Origin: the human T2T-CHM13v2.0 reference genome, Homo sapiens
Direction: 5' to 3' (one strand)
NCBI RefSeq assembly: GCF_009914755.1
Contig: NC_060933.1
Length of the DNA: 64,000 bases
Positions 28,255-42,872 of the stretch are shown here, piece after piece. How positions within the stretch are numbered: the stretch's first letter is position 1; each line of letters opens with the position of its first letter. Position numbers and translations under genes: made by a program. The notes below the pieces were generated by a model that did not search any database, had not been told where the DNA came from, and saw only the letters and a program-made list of their open reading frames with translations.

Positions 28255-28864
28255 TGTGAACCCCAAATATCTGAGACAGGTCTCAGTCAATGTAGAAAGT
28301 GCATTTTGCCAAGGAGCGCATGGACACACTCACGACACAGCCTCAGGAAGTCCTGACGACATGTGCCCAAGGTGGCTGGGGCACAGCTTGGTTTTATACA
28401 TTTTAGGGAGGCATGACACATCAATCAATATATGTAAGATGTACATTAATTTGGTCTGGAAAGGTGAGACAACCCTAAGTGGGGAGGGGGCTTCCAGGTC
28501 ATAGGTAGATAAGAGACAAATGGTTGCATTCTTTTGAGTTTCTGGTTAGCCTTTCATTGAATATGCAATTTACCGGCATAGTCACTTATCACTCAGTCTG
28601 GCTTAGTGAAACAATAGGGCAAAAGAAGCAATCAGATATGCATTTGTCTCGTGTGCAGAGAGATCACTTTGAGTTCTGTCTGTCCTTCACCCACAAGGAA
28701 TTTCCTTGTGGGCAAATTGTGAGGGAGGTATGTAGCAGTTTTATCTTTGTAGCTATCTTATTTAGGAATGGAATGAGAGGCAGGTTTGCCCAATGAAGTT
28801 CCCAGCTTAACTTTTCCCTTTGGCTTGGTGATTTTTCAGTCCCAAGGTTTACTCTCCTTTCACA
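28255..28864 (-). mobile_element. MER4A-family ERV1 solo LTR nested in L1
   Basis: Reverse complement TGTGAAAGGA...CTGAGACCTGTCTCAGATATTTGGGGTTCACA; perfect 4-bp TSD ATCC (28251-54, 28865-68); L1 resumes afterwards. Confidence 0.93.
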
Positions 28865-29720
28865 ATCCAAAAAAACTAAAACCAGCATCTCAAAAAGTTT
28901 CTACACTCCCATTTTCATTGAAGCATCATTCACATTAACCTTAAATGTCCTTAAATGTCCATTGATAGATAAATGGACAAAGAAAATGTAGCATATACAA
29001 ACAATGGAATGTTATTCAGCCTTTAAAAAGAAGGAAATTCTGCCATTTGAAACAACATGGTGAATGTGGAGGATATTATGCTACATAAAATAAGCCAGAT
29101 ACAGAAGGACAAATATGAGGAATTATTTGACAATTATATGAAGAATTTTAAATATTGGAACTCTTGGAAGCAGAGAGTAGAAAGGTGGCTTCCAGCGGAA
29201 GGGGAAGAGGGAAATGGGGAGGTAGTAGTCAAAGGGTACAGGGCTTCAGTTATGCAAGGTAAATAAGATCTGGAGATCTATTCTACAGCATAGTGCTTGT
29301 AGTTAACCATTTTGTATACCTAAAAACTTTCTAAGAGGGTAAATCTTATGTAAGTGTCAAATAATGATATTTATTAAATAGGGTGGAAGAAACTTTTAGG
29401 GTTAAAAGATATGTTAATGGCACAGACTGTGGTGATGATTTTATGGATACTTATCTCCAAATTCATCAAGTTCTATGTGTTAAATATGTAGAACTCTTTG
29501 TATGTCAATTATACTTCAATAAGGTTTTGTTGATAAAATATATTAGTTGGTCAAAAATGACATTCAACATATAATAAAAATTCTCAATAAAGGAATACGA
29601 AGCTTAAGCAATAAATGAACATGACATAATGAAGAAACGGTAACTACTTGGATAAATGCATAAGATTTTTAAATTATTATTTAAATGTGTTTAAAAGATA
29701 ATTGGCTGTTTAAACAAAAA

Positions 29721-30450
29721 TTTTACTCTTTTGGATGCTGGATATTTTGTATTCCTGTAAATCTTCTTGAGCTTTTTCTCAAGATAAATCATTTGAAAAC
29801 AGTTTTATCCTTTTGGGTCTTGCTGTGAAAATTCCTTAGGTACGTTCAAAAATAATAATTCCTCTCTACTAAGGCAGACCCCTTCTGATGATTCTACCAA
29901 TGACCAGTGACTAATGAGGTCTTTCAGTTTGGCTGGTAAGAACAGGCACTACTCTTGGCCCTGTGTAAACTCCAGACAAAGTTCCCTCCAATCATTTTGG
30001 ATGTGTTTTATTTCCCCTCGACCCCATATAGTTTCTTCATGTCCGCGCACTGGTCAGTACTCTGCTGAAGGCTTATTGGCGACTGTCTACAGATCCATGT
30101 ATTCTTTTTGTGCAGTCTCCTGTCCTCCAAACTCTGGCCACCTGGATCTCCCACAGCTCTCACCTCTACCTCAATTCAGGGAGTCCTTCAAGCTTCACCT
30201 CGATACCCCTCCCTAATCAGCAGGAACATTGCACATTGCATCAGCTTAGTGCCTGGAAACCCTCAAGGCACTAAGCTAATGCAGTCATGGAGGTTGCCTC
30301 CTCTGTTTTACATCTTGCCGGGACCACTGTCCTTTATTGTCTGTAGTGCAGTTTCTTGAAAACGACTGTTTCACAGCTTTGTTGCTGATTTTGGTTGTTT
30401 CCTGAGGGAGAATATACCCAATCCCTGTTATTCCTGTCTTGGTCAGAAAT
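29721..30450 (-). mobile_element. Old L1 (L1MC4/L1ME-like) 5' region
   Basis: GGATGCTGGATATTTTGTATTCCTGTAAATCTTCTTGAGCTTT, TTTGGCTGGTAAGAACAGGCACT, CTCAATTCAGGGAGTCC. Confidence 0.65.
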
Positions 30451-32829
30451 ATAGGTCCTGAACAGTTTAATAGAAAGAGCTTACACTTTCCTGCTGAAGC
30501 ATCTGTTCTTGTTAGGAAGGATAATTCTAGACTTTTTTTGGGGGGGGGGGGGAATTTCACATATTAGAGGACCACTGGAAGGCATAGGAAAATTTCTGTT
30601 CCAGGATGTGGATTATACACCTATTTATCCTTTTCCCCTGATATTTTATACCCACCTTCCCAAAAAGGAGAAGCTGGATAAGAATGGAATGATTATCCAT
30701 GCAATGAGTGACATCAACAGAGGACAGGGAAGATTTGTGGGAGAGAGCCACGTTATTATCCTCATTACCTCGTTATTACTATGTCCCATGATACTTCCCA
30801 TCTTGATACTCAAATTGACTAATGGGATACTGAAAGAGAACTCTGAACTACTATCATTGTTGATTCCAGGGACTATTGCTGGCTAGGTATTGTTAACAGA
30901 TTATTCTCCTATAACCTAGAGCCAGACATGTGACAGTGCCAGGAACCCTGGGGTAACTTGAAAGGCAATGACTTCCAGTTGCTTCAGCCTAGAAAAACAG
31001 AACACTCAAAGATGTAACCTGTTCCTTTAACGCTGTAAGTCAGTTTGATTCAAGCACAACATAAGAAAAAAATAATTGTATAACCCACTTAATCCTAACT
31101 GGCAGTGGTATACTTTGTACATTAACATGATGTATCCTCAGTTCTTGAGAATGTCATTCTTTCTTCCCTTCTATTACTGTTGCCCGAAGAGCTGCTTCCT
31201 ACATTGGGTCCATTAGTCCACTGCAAAGCACCTAAAAGAGCTTTACCTATTCAGTCCCACAGGCATTCACATTTCCACCTCCTTTCCTCAAAAATAGGTT
31301 TTATTGAAACCTAACTATCTTTTCTGTCTGCTTAGAGCTTAATGTATTTGAAGCCAGTCAAATCTGGGACCTTAAGAGTATCTCTCAAATTTATTCTTCT
31401 CGTTAATCAGATGGAATAATAACAGCCCTCGCCCCCACAAAGTATAGTTATGATTTTAAAATTAGGTAAATTGAATTTCATCTGTTGTATACAGGTTTAA
31501 TAATTCAACCTGAAGTTCTCAACATTATTTTTATTCATTATATTAATATTATATTTTAGGTATTGTGAACTACTCCCTTGCATGCTAAATACTTTTAGCA
31601 TTGGCCTTACTGATGAACTCTAAAATAATCCCAAAGGCTGAGTTACCATCTTCCACGTTCAAGTCATGATGTACAGGAGCAAAGTTCTGGGGCCCACTGT
31701 ATTAGCCTTCTTTCACTGCCTTTGAGGCCCATGCTGTTAGAGTTTGAAGTCGTCATTTGACTACTGCTACATTTCTGTTTCTCCCTCCTTCTCCTCTACT
31801 CTCCTTCTTCTTCCTTTCCATGTCTCATGATACATTTTAATTTGCTTAATTCTGACAGAAAAATAAAGTAAGTATGGCTAAATATCTAACTCTTCAATTG
31901 ATATTTCAAATGAACAAAACATATCTAGATTTTCTATATATTGGTCATAAACCTACTCCTGAAGAAGTCATCTTGATAGTCTTGGCTTCTAGCAAAAGCC
32001 TACAGTATTTCCTTATTCATTAGCTAGTATGTTTCTCTTTACTGAGAAATAAATGCACAGGGTCAATCCAAATTAAAATACCCCGCTTTTCATCAAGTCA
32101 AAGATACTCTTTATTTTTAACCCAATTTTGATGATACGTGGTAGTAATTCATATATGGCTCCCTCCTACCTGAGAATCTCAGCCTACTTCTCCTGAAATA
32201 TAACAACTAGGATGGTTTTGTAAAGTAAAACCTTTCCCCCAATTTTTTCAATATCTGTATAAGCTTCACTTTTCAGGTTTTAATTTTGGGGAGGGAGGGG
32301 TTGTTTGTTACATAAATGGGAGGAAAGTACATGGATTGTTCTACACCATGATTTTTTACTTAATAATATGTCTTGGAAATCAAATGTGTATTTATTGTGG
32401 CATTTTTGTTCATTTCACTTTGTCTCCCCCTACGGCCCACCACCACGAACATATTGTATTCTGCTATGTTCTTTTATCAACATTCAGAGAAATTCTTCTG
32501 CTATCATCTTTTAATAATTACTTACCAGGGATGTCAGGAGGTAATCCCAGAGTATTACCTGTGCTAAAGGAGAAGAAATTGGCAGTTTGCAATAATAAAA
32601 CCCTGTCTGAGTGTTCTCTTACCTGAACCATTTTGTATGACTTCAGCAGTCTCGGTTTATTTTATTCTTTAGCTCAAAAGCCTTCTTTGGTCCCAAATAC
32701 TTATTGAACCAGATACAATTTATCTTAACTCATCATTTAAGATGGAAATATCTGCAAATCTCTATGTCCTAGTATTCCTATACACATATACCATGTTTTG
32801 TTCAACGTGAGCTTAGTCCATAAAGAGAC

Positions 32830-33165
32830 CCATGCATTCCTAACTCCCTGTCTTTTCTTAGATGTTTTACTCTGTCTAGAACCCCCTCTGCTCTCCTCCA
32901 ATAGTCAAAAAGCCACAAAGCCTTTTTTGTTTTCCTAAAGCAGGGTATGATATCACTTTTATCTGAAGTCACATAATATATTGTTTATATCTTTTAACAC
33001 CTTTGTATTCCTCTTGAATTAGACATATTTGCATACTAACTATTCCTTCTAGGGTGATGATTAATAACTTGAGAGCAGTGCCAAGGTCGTCTTCTTCTGT
33101 GTATGCCATGCAGTGCTCAGCACAATATCTTAGGTGAAGTAAGTGCTCAATATTTGCTGATTTGA
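32830..33165 (+). mobile_element. L2 3' fragment
   Basis: CTTGAGAGCAGTGCCAAGGTC...CAGTGCTCAGCACA..GTAAGTGCTCAATATTTGCTGA. Confidence 0.6.
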
Positions 33166-34689
33166 ACTGGGTAGAATTTGGTGCTTTTCTCCCCCAGCAT
33201 GGGAATAAGTTTCTGATTTATGATGAGAATCAGTGGGAAGTATTTCAACTAGGCTTACTGGAGTTTATCCATTCCATTAAGTGAAAAGTAACTGTGCAAT
33301 AACTAGGTAGGTGTTTATATTTTTTTCTACAGAGTGTAAAAGTTCAAGTTTTCCATTTAATGATAACAATCAAAAAAACAAAGGAAACTATCAGCAGTAA
33401 TAGTTCCCATTACCGTGAACGAAAATATTTGGCTTTTAATAAGAGACAGACCAGAATGCAATGGCAGAGAAAGTGATCTCAAATAACAATCATTTTTCCC
33501 TAGAACTGGCTGAAGTCATAAAATGGAAAAGATTATATGGTGGCTATGTTGTAATAAATAGAAAGCATAATCAATCAAGTTAATTACAAGAAATAAAAAC
33601 AAATTTTATCTTTAAATAAACAACGTGAGCCCAATTTCTCACTTGCCAAGAGAAAACAGATTTTCTTGGAGCTGATTTCTGAGTTTTCAATATAAATAAT
33701 ATTCTCTCATTCAAAACGAAAAAGAAACAACAAAAAAGTGAGTCCTTACTTGATAGGTTAACTTTCGTTTCTGTCAAATTCTTTTAAAAAAAATTTTCTC
33801 ATTCACATTGGAGTCCCAGAACTTAGCATATGTCTATAGTCTATGATGAGCCATCTTAGGAAAAACAGGAATTTTGCTACCAGATATTGGAGAAAATGGC
33901 ATTAATACTCATAAAGCCAGTGACACCAGGCTGCACAGGGCAATCATTTTTCACTTCAGCAGCACCACAGCCCTCTCCACATTGGCTTCCACTATTTCCA
34001 TTGCGAAAGCATCACGTATCACATTTGTACAACGTGTATTAAATGAGTTTTTTTGAACTTGCCAAGGGGACAAGGGGTGCAGAAATCAGCCCATGAAACT
34101 TTTCCATATGGGGAAAATCATTATTACTTCCAACTGAATAGATGGAAAAAAATTTATTTTAAATTTGTAAAGAACTTTTGGAATTTAATCTATTTGCAAA
34201 CAAAAAGTGTATTCTGATCTAATTGTAGTTTAAGGAGAAATACAAGAGTAAAATCGTGTACCCTCATTTTATCAATAGACAAACAGGTTTGAGAAAAACA
34301 CATATTAAGGTAGAAAAGTAGAAAGAAGCCAATAAGCCAATAATAAGTTTAGAAAACAAATGTATTTTAACAGATTTTGTTCATTTGCTGAATTCAGATT
34401 CCACATTTATTTGGCTTTTTGTTTGCTTAAGTTAGAGCAAACAAAGTTAAAGGGAAATATGATTATTTATAAAACTGGTTATGTTTATAAGATTTTCTTT
34501 AAAGGAGAAGTAGCGTAGTTTTTCTTGGTATTATGTTTCGTGAAAAAAAATTCTCAGGTGGCTTTCAATTTGTCAGATACCATGATGCATTGAAAAATTT
34601 TCCTGGTAATGATTACGTAGAATATGGCATATGGTTGTTTCTTATAACAACCTCTTCATCATACAGCATCAATAAAAATAATGAAATAG

Positions 34690-34900
34690 TTAACAAGTAT
34701 TGACCATGTATCATCAGCCACATCTAGTGCTAAATGCTATATATTTACTACCTTATTTAATTTTCACAGGAGATATTTTAATTAAAATTTACTTTAAAGA
34801 TAAAGAACCAGGGATTTGGAGACATCAAGCAAATTTTTCAAGGTCACACAGCTGCCAAAAGAGGCAGGCAGAACTCAAACCTAAGACTGGCAGGCAGGAA
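34690..34900 (-). mobile_element. MIR
   Basis: GTGCTAAATGCT...TCAAGGTCACACAGCTG...ACTCAAACCTAAG. Confidence 0.6.
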
Positions 34901-34936
34901 GATGCATCTAACCGTACAGCTCCTCTAAGTATTTTA

Positions 34937-35116
34937 TAAATGAACAAAATTAGTGGATCTGATAATAATAACAAGCAACATTTATTGAGTGCCTATTATG
35001 TGTGAGACACTCTTCCTATTATCTTACATGTAACAATTCATTTAGACAGTATAAGGACCTATGAGTAAGTACCAGTATTTGAAAGAGAATTATAAAAATG
35101 CTGCAGAGCGTTTAAG
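34937..35116 (+). repeat. Local duplication copy A (~180 bp; unique flank plus part of a MIR that continues to ~35195)
   Basis: Roughly 88-90% identical to 35428-35603 by manual alignment. Confidence 0.93.
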
Positions 35117-35259
35117 CAGCACTTACTTGCTCAATGCCACATGGCTGGTAAGAGCAGAGTTAGAGTTCAGGTTCTTGACTGCCTAATCTTCAAATAATGT
35201 TTTTTTTTTTTATATCCAAGCTTTTGAAAATTGAACAGCAAGAATCTTCAAGATATATT

Positions 35260-35630
35260 CTTTTCGTTATTCATACATAGTATTTGTACATATTTGTGGG
35301 GTATATGTGATATTTCATACATGTACACAATGTGTAATGATTAAATCAGAATTTAGAATACTCATCACTTTGGACACTTATTATTTCTTTATGTTGGGAA
35401 CATTTCAAATCTAGTTATTTTAAAATGTAAATGAACAAAATCAATGAATCTAATAATAATAAAAAGTAACATATATTGAGTGCTTATTATGTGTGAGACA
35501 CTCTTTCTATTATTTTACATGTAACAATTCATTTAGACACTATAAGGACCCATGAGTGAGTACCATTATTTCAAAGAGAACTGTAAGGTGCAGAGAGTTT
35601 AAGAGTTAACCATAGTTACCCGACTGGGTT
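35260..35630 (-). mobile_element. L1MA 3' end fragment interrupted by duplication copy B (35428-35603)
   Basis: TTGTACATATTTGTGGGGTATATGTGATATTT...GGGAACATTTCAAATCTAGTTATTTTAAAATGTA; resumes as GTTAACCATAGTTACCCGACTG. Confidence 0.8.
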
Positions 35631-36349
35631 ATTTTTTCTTTGTCTTGAATTAGAGATTAATTATAATTTTGAGGTTTGGCTGTAATGGAGAGACCCAGTG
35701 AAAATAGGTAGGAGGATTTTGCAGTTATCCAGGCATGAGGTTTATGAGTAGCTATTTTACTAATAGTAGAAACTGAAAGAAAAATAACTGATTTAAATTA
35801 CACATTAAAGAACAATCACAATTTACTAACTGGGTTTAGGGAGAGAGTGAAAATGGCTGCAAATTTCTGAGTCAGAAAAAAATGCTGTTTCTGTTGCCAG
35901 TAGTCACTAGGAAGGAATAGTCGTTGAGAAAGTAAATTCATTGCTTATTAATACTTATATTTATTAGCTATTATTGTGGCATTCTATCATCACTTGGGTT
36001 GATAGCTTTTTGCAATATTGTATTGTTTATAAAAAGAAAAAAATAAGCTATTAAAGTGAGACAAATAGTAGAAGCTGGTTCTGGTTCATACTATGCCACT
36101 CACTAAACATATGATATTGGAAAAATCACTTATTGCCCCTGAACATTAGTGTTTTCAGCTATATAATATACTATCTTCACTTACAAAAGAGTTATGAAGA
36201 TCAAAACAATTAAAGAATGGAACATTGTTTTATAAGATATATAGAAATGACAAATAGAATGACTATCACTGTTTTCTATGTCTAAGCCACTACTCATAGA
36301 ATGCCAACAGCCTGGTTGTACTCTCTCTAAATAATATTTTTGATGGTGG

Positions 36350-36560
36350 CAAGGATTCAGATCTCAGCTCCGCCACTTACCTTATGTTTGATCATGAACA
36401 AATTACTCAAACTCTCTGTGTCAGTTCTGTAAAATGAAATCCATAGTAGTACCAAACTCATGATATTTTACTGAGGATTATGATACAATAAATGAATGTA
36501 TGATGCCTATAATAGTGCCTGAACTACACAGTAAGTCAATATATGGCATTGTTATTATTA
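36350..36560 (+). mobile_element. MIR
   Basis: GGATTCAGATCTCAGCTCCGCCACTTAC...CTCTCTGTGTCAGTTCTGTAAAATG...TGAGGATTA. Confidence 0.75.
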
Positions 36561-37517
36561 CTAACATTATTATTAACTCAATAATTTTTATTGTTCAGCC
36601 ATTCTAATGATGGTATTGTAACCATATGGATTTCTCTACCTTAACATGTACAGAAATTATTACATCAATTTTCACCTGTATCATAATATTTAGATATTCA
36701 TTATGATACGCCAATGTAAAAATTGTCACATAACCAATATATTTGTGTGTATCTAATTGTGCAAATAAAAAAAGATACTTTGCCTTATATGAGTATCCAA
36801 AACATACTGTACTTATATTTTATTGAACAATAACAATTATGTCTTATCTAGTTGTTTAATGTGTTTCTATGACTATATAATAAAAGAAGAGTAGTTCTAA
36901 TATGTCACAGTTTGATTTAAAGGCACAATGACCTTTCATGTTTTTCTCTTTGCTTTCAGTAAGAGCATTGAATAATCCAATGGGGAAGGCATTTTCCTTG
37001 ACAGATATTTATCATAGTAAAAAAAAATGCTGAAACTACAAAATATTTTAAAATGTTACCATGTGAATATTATTTCAGTGCATATATTTCTAGTGTAATG
37101 GCATTTGCCATCTGGCATTCTTGTGAATAAGTCTTCTTTCTTCACACACCGTACATCTTTTTGCCTTTCTCAGTTTGTGTCTATTCATAATTAATCTCTA
37201 GGTTCACGTAATAGGCCTCTCCTGCATGTTCTCTTAGCTAAGGAAACAAGTACTCAGGAGTGTAACATCATAGACAGGGAACAAAGGATTCACATTCCGC
37301 TTTCTGTGTTAGAGAGCACTGATGTGATTCTCAGGAGCCAAGCTTCTTAGCAACGAAACGAAGGATTTACAGCCCTCCAGCTTTCTCAGCTACCAAAGCT
37401 CTTGAAGGCTTTCAAGAGCTGACCTTCTTAGCAAAGGGCTGGATTCTTTTCATGCACTCACTTTCAAAAGGTAGCATACCTGTTTGTCCAGTGTGATGCG
37501 GATGCTATTAAAAGGGA

Positions 37518-37531
37518 GTTTCCATGGATAC
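37518..37531. promoter_or_regulatory. RFX X-box motif
   Basis: GTTTCCATGGATAC matches the palindromic RFX consensus; CTTAGCAAC half-site nearby at ~37346. Confidence 0.35.
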
Positions 37532-40500
37532 GGACATTAGTGGGAATGAAAAAGGATTGTCCTCTTTTCAGGCTCATTGTTGCTCCAAATATTCCTAAGA
37601 CCTAGATCGTGTCACTCCTTTTATTCACCCTCTTGTGGCTAGCTTCTTGTTTAGGAAGCATTGCCAATGGTTGGTAATTAATACCTTTTTAAATGTGTAG
37701 ATTCAAACACCTAGGTTTTTGTATGTGAATAAGGGTTTAGTTAATTTCTAAGACTTCATTGAGTGTGAATTTTGTTATGACTCTTATATATGATTTCAGA
37801 GAATACACATTAATAAGAGATACCATCACTTTCTTTTAAGTGATACAGAATTTGTCAAACTTAGAACCTTCCTTAAATAGTGTGAATTTGAAGTTGTATC
37901 AGAACAGAACTACAAAGTCCCACCTCCCCCTGCTCTCTTGTATTTTGGATGAATTTATTCAAAGTATACATTATGCCCTAGAATTACACATTTTTGGAAT
38001 ATTATGGTTAAAATATGTCAAACTCTCTTTGCCAAGACCTAATTGAATGTGAAATGAAACCAAATCAATTCATTTGTTGAGTCTATCATGTGTCAGGCAA
38101 TATGGCTTGTCAGTGCAACTTATATAATGAAGAGAATAATGACTTTATCTGGAGAACTCACGAAAGAGCTGTACCACCACCTGTTCATAGAGGTAAAAGA
38201 CATTGCCAGTGAATGTCCCCAGTCTTGAGAAAACAGTCACGAAATATCTGAGTCATTTGTCATAAATCTATGGTGCAGGAATCCCTCACATGGAACAAGG
38301 AGACAGAACACCAAAATTGAAAATAGAATTATGAAAATAAGTAATTGAGCTAACTTTTTCATATAGAAACAACTTCAACTTGGACAAATTTTCCAAATTT
38401 AGGTCACCAGCATCAGTTATTTAATAACACATCAATAGAGGGAATCAGTCTATTCTATTCCCTCTGGAGAGGGAAATCAGTCTTCTGTTAAAGATACCAC
38501 TGATCAAGTTGATCAGAAATTCAGCTGACTCCACATGGTTTTAAGGAAATGCAATGTAGTTAATGAGCTTTTGATCCCCTTACATTGATTTCTGGTCAAA
38601 TAAATACAGGCTGAAATATATTTTCTCATGTTATGTGATTTTAGTTTTTTAATAAGCTGAAATATTCATTTGTGAAAAATTTTATTTCAGTTTGTGAAAT
38701 AAGAAAAATTTAATCCTTATTTGCTAATAATCTGGTCTCCTTAAGTTAAATATGTGTTAAATCATTTCAGTTAGTGTTTAAGAGAAACTAAGGAATTAAA
38801 ATAATACTAATGTTTCTGTAAGTATTAACATTACTGTACAAGAAGTACATCCCTAGAAATGTACATATAATTTCTAAGAAGTGACCTAGAAACTCTACGG
38901 CATCTCATTAATTTATGGATTGGCATTTATAAGCTTAACATAAACATCAATCCTTTCCACCAGAAACTTATGTGTTTTTCAATTTTTTTTTCTTTTCATC
39001 TTGGTAATGAAAAGACTAAAAAATGCAAGTTCATGTTAAAAAGCTGACTATTATTCTGATAACCAAAAGTTTAATATAAATTCCCAAATTAGAACTTCAA
39101 AACAATGGTGAGATTAAGAGAAACAAAATTACCTGTCTTAATTTGAGGACAAGGGCATGACTTGTGAGATGTTCAGATGGCCTTTGAAAAATAGTCATCA
39201 TCTTTCATGACAAAATTTTACTTTCCTATTTAATATTACTATTTAAATTATTTCTCTTTAAATTTGGGGAACCACCACAAATATTCATTATTATCAAAAG
39301 CTCCAAGTTTTAAAACTTTAATTAGCTACCCATCCAAAGAAACGATATATCAGACTCTGAAAGTGAAGGAAATTTTTTTTTTCAGATTCTAACCTTTATT
39401 TCATTTTTTAAAATAAGTTTCTAAATGTTTTCAAACAAACACATTTAACATTTAACATATGTTTTCTTTACTGCCGTTTTTGCCTTCTTGGAAAAGAAGT
39501 AAGAAAAATATTAACTATTCCTTTAAATATCTACCTACATTCCAGCCAAAAAGTTTAAAGGGTGTTGTGGAAGGCGGGGAAAACTTTCACAGAAATTCAT
39601 AAACCCTTCAAGTACCACAAATGGGTTTTAGGTAGAATGAGCAATTTGTTAGATTTATTGCTTGTACTTGTTCACATAAAGGAAGTTATAAGGTTTTCTA
39701 AAAAAGAAGATAAAATTGAAGGTTGTTGGCGGAAACCGTTATTGTCGTAAACTAGCCAAATGAGGGATGTGACTCAGGAATGAAGAAGATGTTATTTTAT
39801 CTTTTCTGTCACCTGCGTATGCCTCTCCTTTGAGTCATCTCTGAGTATATTCCACTGTTTTATCTTTCATCCTTGTTGTGAAAGCGCTTTTATTGTTTAG
39901 TAAGCAAAATTAGGGTAGCTGAGGTTGATAGAGCCAATGGCTGACAAACAATGAGGTCAATATCTGTCCCATCCTGGAAAGATTGAGGTTACAGCAGGTG
40001 AAATTATCATTCTGTTTTGTTTTTATTGCTCTAATAGAATGCCACAGAGTCCCTGACCTCTGCTGCCAGTCATGTCTTACTCTAATAGCAACGTGTAACC
40101 TTTGACACTCAATTAAAATAGGAAATAAGGCAAAGAATGGGTCAATATGCATGTTTGGCCAATACAAGCCTTTGAAATGAATTCCAGGGGGCTTTCAAGG
40201 AAGCTGTAACCCTTATTCCTTTGGCACACAGACGTTAAAGTTATGGTCAGTAAATTAAACAAAACATAGACACAAACAATCAAAAATAGCCTATACCAGT
40301 AATTTTCTTTCTGATTTTAAGATCTGTATATTAAGGTATCTCTCAACTTACCAGTTCACACATAAATTTTCTGATTACTGAGGGGAAGATACTGCTATCT
40401 GCTGGATAGGACAGGAGAGATGCTTTGGGCAGAGAAGTTTGTTGACTTGAATAGCCAGATCTTTTTATTTAATGTGAATTTATTTTATAAGTAAAAGAGA

Positions 40501-41169
40501 AACAGAGTGTATTTTTTAAATGGCACATTAGCATTGTTTTTAAGAAGAGTTCGATATGTGAATGTCAGTGTCGGTGATAGGATTGGTGATCAGTTGGAGA
40601 AGTGTCCATATTGGAGACAACAGGTGTACCAGAAGTCTGCTATATACTGACAAATTCCAAGTGAAACCGACAATTCCAAGTAAAATGGTTTAGACAGGTT
40701 TTAGCCTACACACAACACAAAGAAACATACGCACATGCACACACATTGGAAGAGATCTGGAAAGACAGACATAAAATATATATAGCAGCAATCTATGGGT
40801 AGTAGGAATATGGTATCTTATTCTTAATTTCTAAATTATACATTTACTGCTTTTGTAATAATAATACAAAAAATAATATTGCAAATCATCTACTTTATTC
40901 AAAAAGTATAAATTACATTACTGATAATCTCTCCTAATAGCCTCTTACTTAAAATATTATCAATATTATCTTTATCACTGTCTCGTCTCCAGCACTCATA
41001 GATCCATTAATTTCCGCCTGCATATGTTAATTGATGGCAAATGCTTCTGCTCTGCATGCCAGCTGAGACTAGTCTCATCTTCGCATATTCAAATAAAACT
41101 TTAGCCTCTTATTGTTTTAATATGAGGAAGGGGATACTGAGCTCTGCTAGTGTTTTACATAGACTGGGT

Positions 41170-42430
<1,261 letters not shown>

Positions 42431-42643
42431 TTGAACCTAGAATTCTATAGCAAGCAAAATTAATAATAAAAAAGAGAGCAAATAAATACATTTTCAATCA
42501 AAAGATGCATGTATTGCACATTATTGTATTCTTATTCTATCCTACTGAGTTTTGGAGAATGCTAAAAGAGGTTATTCACCATTTTTTTCTAGAAACTCAG
42601 ATCTTTTGTGCTTATTACTAATGTTTTATATATTAACATGCAA

Positions 42644-42872
42644 TAGAGTTCCCCAAGTATGGTGCTATGCACTATTATATTTTTGATATTTAAGTATTTA
42701 TGTTGTAAAATATATTTATATGTGGCCCCATGATCAATAAATTGGGGAAACACCATCAACTATAGCACTTTTTGGTAAATTCCCAAACTAAATAGCATGT
42801 GAATAGCCCTGAAAAATACTGTGATTAAAAGCAAATAAAAACTAAAATCTTGTTTGTTTAACTCATCATTCG
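42644..42872 (+). mobile_element. Ancient hAT-Charlie-type MITE remnant
   Basis: AGAGTTCCCCAAGT...ATAAATTGGGGAAACAC...TAGCATGTGAATAGCCCTGAAAAATACTG...TTGTTTAACTCA. Confidence 0.4.

Noticed and set aside
28689-28712. Palindrome CCCACAAGGAATTTCCTTGTGGG
   Set aside because: Intrinsic to the MER4A LTR consensus
30509-30886. 125-aa plus-strand ORF
   Set aside because: Non-ATG start, runs through T and G homopolymers, no recognisable homology or splice context
33955-33980. TTCAGCAGCACCACAG resembling a REST/RE1 site
   Set aside because: Only the left half (CAGCACC) is present; the GGACAG half is missing
41064-41077. 14-bp palindrome TGAGACTAGTCTCA
   Set aside because: A few palindromes of this length are expected by chance in 64 kb; no supporting context
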